Shown: one piece after another, positions 16,119 to 20,997 of the stretch
How positions within the stretch are numbered: the stretch's first letter is position 1
How the letters are laid out: each line of letters starts with the position of its first letter
From: a virus
Length of the DNA stretch: 20,997 nucleotides
Reading direction: 5' to 3' (one strand)
Virus genome (UHGV): UHGV-0209998
Made by a program: the position numbers and the translations under genes
The notes under the pieces: generated by a model
The model's input: only the letters and a program-made list of their open reading frames with translations
Databases searched by the model: none
What the model was told of the DNA's origin: nothing

Positions 16119-16593
16119 AGTAGCAAAACATTATTCAATAGAATTTATGTCTAAAGAAGGTAAATCAGTAAATACACTTGATAAAAATTGCTCGTTAATT
16201 ATTCCTTTAGCAGAAAATCCGGATATTTTAATTAAAGATATAAAAGAAAGAAAATATCCAGAAAATATTATTCTAATTATAAAGCATACTGAAGATATTT
16301 TGCAGAATACAGATTCACCATTTTCTTCTTCTGAAGCTTTAACTATTAAAGGCTATAAAAGAGCTCACGAATATGGTCTTTTTGACCTGTTTGAAGATGA
16401 TAAAGTTAAATTAGCACTTAATTTAACAGGCCAGCCTTCTAAAAGTAAAACATTCATTATTGAAGATATTAAAGATATAAACGCATTTGTTAAGATGGTC
16501 TGGGCTCATTTTGATGTTGGACTACGTTGGAGAATGTCCGAAGAAGAAAGAAAGATTGCTGAAGCTAATCGTCATTTTGGTTTTTATCGCTAG
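16111..16593 (+). CDS. Hypothetical protein (160 aa)
   Basis: ATG at 16111 with AGGAAA upstream. No motif recognised. Confidence 0.6.
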   Translation: MIEVAKHYSIEFMSKEGKSVNTLDKNCSLIIPLAENPDILIKDIKERKYPENIILIIKHTEDILQNTDSPFSSSEALTIKGYKRAHEYGLFDLFEDDKVKLALNLTGQPSKSKTFIIEDIKDINAFVKMVWAHFDVGLRWRMSEEERKIAEANRHFGFYR

Positions 16594-16601
16594 GAATTAA
16601 T

Positions 16602-16784
16602 ATGGATTTATTTGAGATGTTAGAAGATAATCATTCTACGAATAACCAGAATGATTCTAGTGATTATAAGAAAGAGTACCGTATAGTATTACAGAATTAT
16701 GGAATTGAAGCCCCAGATGCTCTTCTAGAAGAACTAGCTTCATACCATCTTGACCCTCCGCCCTGGGCTCCCTGGGCAAAATAA
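16602..16784 (+). CDS. Hypothetical protein (60 aa) with Pro/Trp-rich C-terminus
   Basis: ATG at 16602; C-terminus LDPPPWAPWAK is encoded by the direct repeat CCTGGGC-TC-CCTGGGC (16761-16776). Confidence 0.45.
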   Translation: MDLFEMLEDNHSTNNQNDSSDYKKEYRIVLQNYGIEAPDALLEELASYHLDPPPWAPWAK

Positions 16785-16796
16785 TTCAAAAAGTTG

Positions 16797-16825
16797 TTTA
16801 CTTTCCTTTCTAACGATGATATGAT
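16797..16825 (+). promoter_or_regulatory. Early promoter upstream of modB
   Basis: -35 TTTACT (16797-16802), 17 nt spacer, TGa + TATGAT (16820-16825). Confidence 0.55.
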
Positions 16826-16851
16826 AGCTTCTGAAGTATATGGAGGCTATC

Positions 16852-17475
16852 ATGATTATTAATCTTGCAGATGTTGAACAATTATCTATAAAAGCTGAAA
16901 GCGTTGATTTTCAATATGATATGTATAAAAAGGTCTGTGAAAAATTTACTGACTTTGAACAGTCAATTCTTTGGCAATGTATGGAAGCTAAAAAGAATGA
17001 AGCTCTTCATCGGCAATTGAATAAAATCGTTAAAAAGCATTTAACTAAATCACCTTATCAGCTATATCGTGGTATATCAAAATCAACAGAAGAACTTATT
17101 AAAGATTTACAAGTTGGAGAAGTGTTTTCAACGAATAGAGTAGATTCATTTACTACTAGTTTGCTCACAGCATGTTCTTTTTCTTACGCTGAATATTTTA
17201 CTAAAATAATACTTCGCTTAAAAAGCGATAAAGCTTTTAATTATTCTGACCATATCAGCGATATTATACTTTCTTCTCCTAATACTGAGTTTAAGTACAC
17301 GTATGAAGATACTGATGGATTAGATTCAGAGCGTACTGATAACTTAATGATGATTGTGCGTGAACAAGAATGGATGATTCCAATTGGAAAGTATAAAATA
17401 ACTTCTATTTCAAAAGAAAAATTACACGATTCATTTGGAACATTTAAAGTGTATGATATTGAGGTAGTTGAATGA
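16852..17475 (+). CDS. modB: ModB-like ADP-ribosyltransferase
   Basis: ATG at 16852 with GGAGG 5 nt upstream gives 207 aa (track start 16840 is an upstream ATG without SD). Shares YRG and EQEWMIP motifs with the downstream paralog; position upstream of modA-srd-dda matches T4. Confidence 0.65.
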   Translation: MIINLADVEQLSIKAESVDFQYDMYKKVCEKFTDFEQSILWQCMEAKKNEALHRQLNKIVKKHLTKSPYQLYRGISKSTEELIKDLQVGEVFSTNRVDSFTTSLLTACSFSYAEYFTKIILRLKSDKAFNYSDHISDIILSSPNTEFKYTYEDTDGLDSERTDNLMMIVREQEWMIPIGKYKITSISKEKLHDSFGTFKVYDIEVVE

Positions 17476-18074
17476 AATACTCAGTAATGCAACTAAAAGA
17501 TTTTAAAATAAAATCAATGGATGCATCGGTGCGTGCTTCTATTCGTGAAGAATTGCTTTCTGAAGGGTTTAATTTATCTGAAATTGAACTTTTAATTCAT
17601 TGTATTACCAATAAGCCAGATGACCATACTTGGTTAAATGAAATAATCAAATCTCGTTTGGTTCCAAACGATAAACCTCTTTGGAGAGGTGTTCCAGCCG
17701 AGACTAAACAAGCATTAAATCAAGGAATTGATATTATTACATTTGATAAAGTCGTATCAGCTTCATATGATAAAAATATAGCTCTACATTTTGCTTCTGG
17801 TTTAGAATATAACACACAAGTTATTTTTGAATTTAAAGCTCCTATGGTATTCAATTTCCAGGAGTATGCTATAAAAGCTCTACGCTGTAAAGAATACAAT
17901 CCAAACTTTAAGTTTCCGGATAGCCATCGTTATCGTAATATGGAATTAGTTTCAGATGAACAAGAAGTAATGATACCAGCTGGAAGTGTATTTAGAATTG
18001 CAGATAGATATGAGTATAAAAAGTATTCAACATACACTATCTATACTCTCGATTTTGAAGGATTTAATCTATAA
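17472..18074 (+). CDS. modA: ModA-like ADP-ribosyltransferase
   Basis: ATG at 17472 overlaps the modB stop (ATGA); 200 aa; motifs LWRG and EQEVMIP; size and synteny match T4 ModA. Confidence 0.65.
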   Translation: MKYSVMQLKDFKIKSMDASVRASIREELLSEGFNLSEIELLIHCITNKPDDHTWLNEIIKSRLVPNDKPLWRGVPAETKQALNQGIDIITFDKVVSASYDKNIALHFASGLEYNTQVIFEFKAPMVFNFQEYAIKALRCKEYNPNFKFPDSHRYRNMELVSDEQEVMIPAGSVFRIADRYEYKKYSTYTIYTLDFEGFNL

Positions 18075-18132
18075 TGGAAGGACTTAGATTCATTATACCA
18101 TGAAATTTTTAAAGCATTTTTACATAAAGTTG

Positions 18133-18161
18133 TTTACAAGCCAAGGTAAAAATGTTATAGT
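18133..18161 (+). promoter_or_regulatory. Early promoter upstream of the srd-like gene
   Basis: -35 TTTACA (18133-18138), 17 nt spacer, TGt + TATAGT (18156-18161); a second TTTTAC lies about 15 nt upstream. Confidence 0.55.
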
Positions 18162-18196
18162 ATAGTAGTCAACCGTCCGTAAGATGTGAGAAAAAT

Positions 18197-18952
18197 ATGA
18201 AACTACATAATATGTCCAAAAATCAAATTCGTAAAATTACACGTCGTTTAGAGCATACTCAGGCATCTGCAAAAAGACGTTCTAAAGATTTTAACTTAGA
18301 CTTCAATTACATTAAGAACATTTTAGATCAAAAAGTTTGTGCTTACTCGGGAGAACCTTTTGATAATCGTATTGAAGGTGAGAAATTATCGTTAGAACGT
18401 TTTGATAATAACGTTGGATACATTAAAGGGAATGTTATTGCAGTAAAGAAAAAGTATAATACGTTTCGTTCTGACTATACTTTAGAGGAGTTGATTGAAA
18501 AGCGTGATTTATTTGCTTTGCGAATTGGTCGTTCATCTGCGAAAAAAGTTCATAAACTAAATTTAGATGAAAAGAAATGGGCTAAAATCAAAAAGACTTA
18601 TAATCAAATTAAAGCTATACAGAAAAAACGTGAAAACCGAATTGAACATCTTTCTCAGCTTTCTAAATCAAAACAAACTTCTGACATTAAGCTAATGATT
18701 ATAGCACTCAAAGCGCGAATTGATGGTTCTCGCATAGCAGAAGGCGCTGAAAATGTTAAACTGAACGTTCTTCTTAAAGGCTCTGATTGGAAAACTGTGA
18801 AAAAGTTGTCAGAAGCAGAAATGCAATATGATATGTGTGATAAAATTATTCAAGGTGTAGAGCGGTATCAAAACTTATCTTTCATTGATAAACTTAAACT
18901 GAAAAGAGGATATCCGCTAGATTGTTCAATTTTTAAACTTATCCGAGGATAA
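18197..18952 (+). CDS. srd: Srd-like protein (251 aa), assigned by position
   Basis: ATG at 18197; basic N-terminus. Assignment is by size and synteny (modA-srd-dda.1-dda) only; sequence identity to T4 Srd not verified. Confidence 0.5.
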   Translation: MKLHNMSKNQIRKITRRLEHTQASAKRRSKDFNLDFNYIKNILDQKVCAYSGEPFDNRIEGEKLSLERFDNNVGYIKGNVIAVKKKYNTFRSDYTLEELIEKRDLFALRIGRSSAKKVHKLNLDEKKWAKIKKTYNQIKAIQKKRENRIEHLSQLSKSKQTSDIKLMIIALKARIDGSRIAEGAENVKLNVLLKGSDWKTVKKLSEAEMQYDMCDKIIQGVERYQNLSFIDKLKLKRGYPLDCSIFKLIRG

Positions 18953-18953
18953 T

Positions 18954-19265
18954 ATGGTTTATGTATACGCGATAGTTTACCGAGACAAAGACGGATTTAC
19001 TGCGCCAGTTCCGCTTGATGAACATCGTCCTGCTGTATTTTTTGAAAGGGAGATTGCTGATAAAGTATTTACAACTCTTAAAGATCAGTATCGACTAGCT
19101 TTAGGTATGGGAATTCCGAGATTAGTTGAAACTCCACGCAAGTTTTGGTTTAATAAAATAGAAGTTAAACATGTTAAGCCTGATGTAGACACGCAAAGAT
19201 TATATCGGCGAATTTTAGATACTGGGCGTATTGTTAGTATACCAATTGCAGGGAATTTACGATGA
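18954..19265 (+). CDS. Hypothetical protein (103 aa), dda.1 position
   Basis: ATG at 18954 after GAGGA; its stop overlaps the dda ATG (ATGA). Confidence 0.65.
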   Translation: MVYVYAIVYRDKDGFTAPVPLDEHRPAVFFEREIADKVFTTLKDQYRLALGMGIPRLVETPRKFWFNKIEVKHVKPDVDTQRLYRRILDTGRIVSIPIAGNLR

Positions 19266-20581
19266 CATTTGATGATTTAACAGAAGGCCAGAAAAATGCC
19301 TTCGACATGGTTATGAAGGCTATTAAAGAAAAGAAACACCATGTAACTATTAATGGACCTGCTGGTACTGGTAAAACTACTCTTACTAAGTTCATCATTG
19401 AAGCTCTAATATCTACAGGTGAAACTGGTATTATTTTAGCGGCTCCTACTCATGCAGCTAAAAAGATTCTTTCAAAATTATCAGGGAAAGAAGCGAGTAC
19501 TATTCACAGTATTCTTAAAATTAACCCAGTAACATATGAAGAAAATGTCCTTTTTGAACAGAAGGAAGTACCAGATTTAGCTAAATGCAGAGTATTAATC
19601 TGTGACGAAGTGTCAATGTATGATAGAAAACTATTTAAAATTCTGCTTTCAACCATTCCACCTTGGTGTACAATAATTGGAATAGGTGATAATAAGCAAA
19701 TTAGACCTGTTGACCCAGGAGAAAACACTGCTTATATCAGTCCATTCTTTACACACAAAGACTTTTATCAGTGTGAACTCACTGAAGTTAAACGTAGTAA
19801 TGCTCCTATTATTGATGTAGCTACTGACGTTCGTAACGGTAAGTGGATTTATGATAAAGTTATTGACGGTCATGGAGTACGTGGATTTACCGGTGATTCC
19901 GCTTTACGTGATTTTATGGTAAATTATTTTTCAATCGTTAAATCTCTAGATGATTTGTTTGAAAATCGCGTAATGGCATTTACGAATAAATCTGTTGATA
20001 AGTTAAATAGCATCATTCGTAAAAAGATTTTTGAAACTGACAAAGATTTTATTGTCGGTGAAATTATTGTAATGCAGGAACCATTAATTAAAACGTATAA
20101 AATTGATGGAAAGCCTGTGTCAGAAATTATTTTTAATAACGGACAATTAGTTCGTATTATAGAAGCAGAGTATACATCAACCTTTGTTAAAGCTCGTGGT
20201 GTTTCTGGAGAATATCTAATTCGTCATTGGGATTTAACAGTAGAAACTTATGGCGATGATGAATACTATCGTGAAAAGATTAAAATAATTTCATCTGATG
20301 AAGAGCTGTATAAGTTTAACCTATTTTTAGGTAAAACGGCAGAAACTTATAAAAATTGGAATAAGGGCGGAAAAGCTCCATGGAGTGATTTTTGGGATGC
20401 TAAATCACAGTTTAGTAAAGTGAAAGCACTTCCTGCATCAACATTCCATAAAGCGCAGGGCATGTCTGTAGACCGTGCTTTCATTTATACACCTTGTATT
20501 CATTATGCAGATGCTGAACTAGCTCAGCAGCTTCTTTATGTTGGTGTAACACGTGGTCGTTATGATGTGTTTTATGTATGA
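19262..20581 (+). CDS. dda: Dda DNA helicase (SF1)
   Basis: 439 aa; Walker A GPAGTGKTT, Walker B LICDEVSM; matches T4 Dda from memory. Confidence 0.95.
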   Translation: MTFDDLTEGQKNAFDMVMKAIKEKKHHVTINGPAGTGKTTLTKFIIEALISTGETGIILAAPTHAAKKILSKLSGKEASTIHSILKINPVTYEENVLFEQKEVPDLAKCRVLICDEVSMYDRKLFKILLSTIPPWCTIIGIGDNKQIRPVDPGENTAYISPFFTHKDFYQCELTEVKRSNAPIIDVATDVRNGKWIYDKVIDGHGVRGFTGDSALRDFMVNYFSIVKSLDDLFENRVMAFTNKSVDKLNSIIRKKIFETDKDFIVGEIIVMQEPLIKTYKIDGKPVSEIIFNNGQLVRIIEAEYTSTFVKARGVSGEYLIRHWDLTVETYGDDEYYREKIKIISSDEELYKFNLFLGKTAETYKNWNKGGKAPWSDFWDAKSQFSKVKALPASTFHKAQGMSVDRAFIYTPCIHYADAELAQQLLYVGVTRGRYDVFYV

Positions 20582-20602
20582 TTAAATTTGAGGAAGCTAT
20601 TC

Positions 20603-20848
20603 GTGGAAATAACTAAAGATCAGTTTTATCTGCTTCAAGATAAAGTGAGCGAAATTTATGAAATTGCTCATGGTAAAAATCGTGAAACTGTAAAAATTGA
20701 ATCTAGTAAGTTGATGCTTCAATTAGAAGAAATTGAACGAGACTTAATTGCGCTAGAATTCTTTTGTGGTGAAGTGAAAACTGTTACAATCAGTGATTAT
20801 GTTTTAGGTGAAATTAGTCATCTTTATAAGGCGATTATTAATGATTGA
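20603..20848 (+). CDS. Hypothetical protein (about 81 aa; start ambiguous)
   Basis: Track ORF begins on TTG at 20588; a GTG at 20603 with GAGGAAG 6 nt upstream is the more plausible start. No motif. Confidence 0.45.
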   Translation: MEITKDQFYLLQDKVSEIYEIAHGKNRETVKIESSKLMLQLEEIERDLIALEFFCGEVKTVTISDYVLGEISHLYKAIIND

Positions 20849-20997
20849 ATTAAGTTGGTGTCAGTTTAAATCTCTTATGACAAACGTTAAAGCTGTCATT
20901 GAGAAAAATCCAGGACCTGATAATGTTACTATTCGCGAAAAAGCTCTAAAGATAGTATACAGTCTTGAAGAGATGCAAAAAGATATTGAATCTATGG
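20841..20997 (+). CDS. Hypothetical protein, 3'-truncated at window edge
   Basis: ATG at 20841 overlapping the preceding stop; open to the window end (MIELSWCQFKSLMTNVKAVIEKNPGPDNVTIREKALKIVYSLEEMQKDIESM...). Confidence 0.4.
   Translation, partial: MIELSWCQFKSLMTNVKAVIEKNPGPDNVTIREKALKIVYSLEEMQKDIESM

Noticed and set aside
18197-18952. Possible degenerate HNH-like homing endonuclease motif in the srd-like protein (CAYSGEPF...LSLERFDNNVGYIKGNVIAV)
   Set aside because: The segment loosely resembles a CxYCG...HH..N..N pattern, but the second Cys and both catalytic His are absent, so the resemblance cannot be supported without a profile search.
13493-19873. Track ORFs 13493-13729(+), 14710-14895(-), 15101-15313(+), 15741-15938(-), 15920-16138(-), 19504-19728(-), 19649-19873(-)
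   Set aside because: Out-of-frame or antisense overlaps with gene 56, the post-soc ORFs and dda; no start context. The only minus-strand ORF I kept (13183-13383) is distinguished by a strong AAGGAGG RBS and an intergenic position.
1-20997. Search for CRISPR arrays, tRNA genes, IS elements, integrase/att sites and long tandem repeats
   Set aside because: No spaced direct-repeat arrays, no cloverleaf-like GC-rich 70-90 nt segments in the few intergenic gaps, no transposase or integrase-like ORFs and no terminal inverted repeats were seen. Coding density is near 95 percent with phage-type junctions throughout.

Overview
This 21 kb window reads as a densely packed, almost entirely plus-strand segment of a T-even (T4-like) phage early region covering DNA replication, recombination and nucleotide metabolism. 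In order: the 3' part of clamp-loader gene 44, 62, regA, DNA polymerase 43, an imm-centred cassette of secreted/membrane proteins, dCMP hydroxymethylase 42, a glycosyltransferase, uvsX, 40, helicase 41, a dmd/sp small-gene island, primase 61, dCTPase 56, soc, a run of small uncharacterised ORFs, modB/modA, an srd-like gene, dda, and two small downstream ORFs. Six recurring early-type promoters (GTTTAC-N17-TGnTAnnnT), three hairpin terminators, one exact late-promoter box and candidate middle promoters punctuate it. I see no rRNA, tRNA, CRISPR array or transposon. Protein identifications rest on catalytic motifs visible in the translations plus gene order and product sequences recalled from memory of T4; no database search was run, so gene names for the small ORFs are tentative. 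The most notable departures from the T4 layout as I recall it are a different glycosyltransferase at the beta-gt locus, no dam-sized gene between 61 and 56 (an antisense small membrane ORF sits there instead), and a small-ORF stretch downstream of gene 56 where I would expect gene 69/oriA/segF. I found no clearly novel multi-gene system; the candidates worth follow-up are listed as findings.
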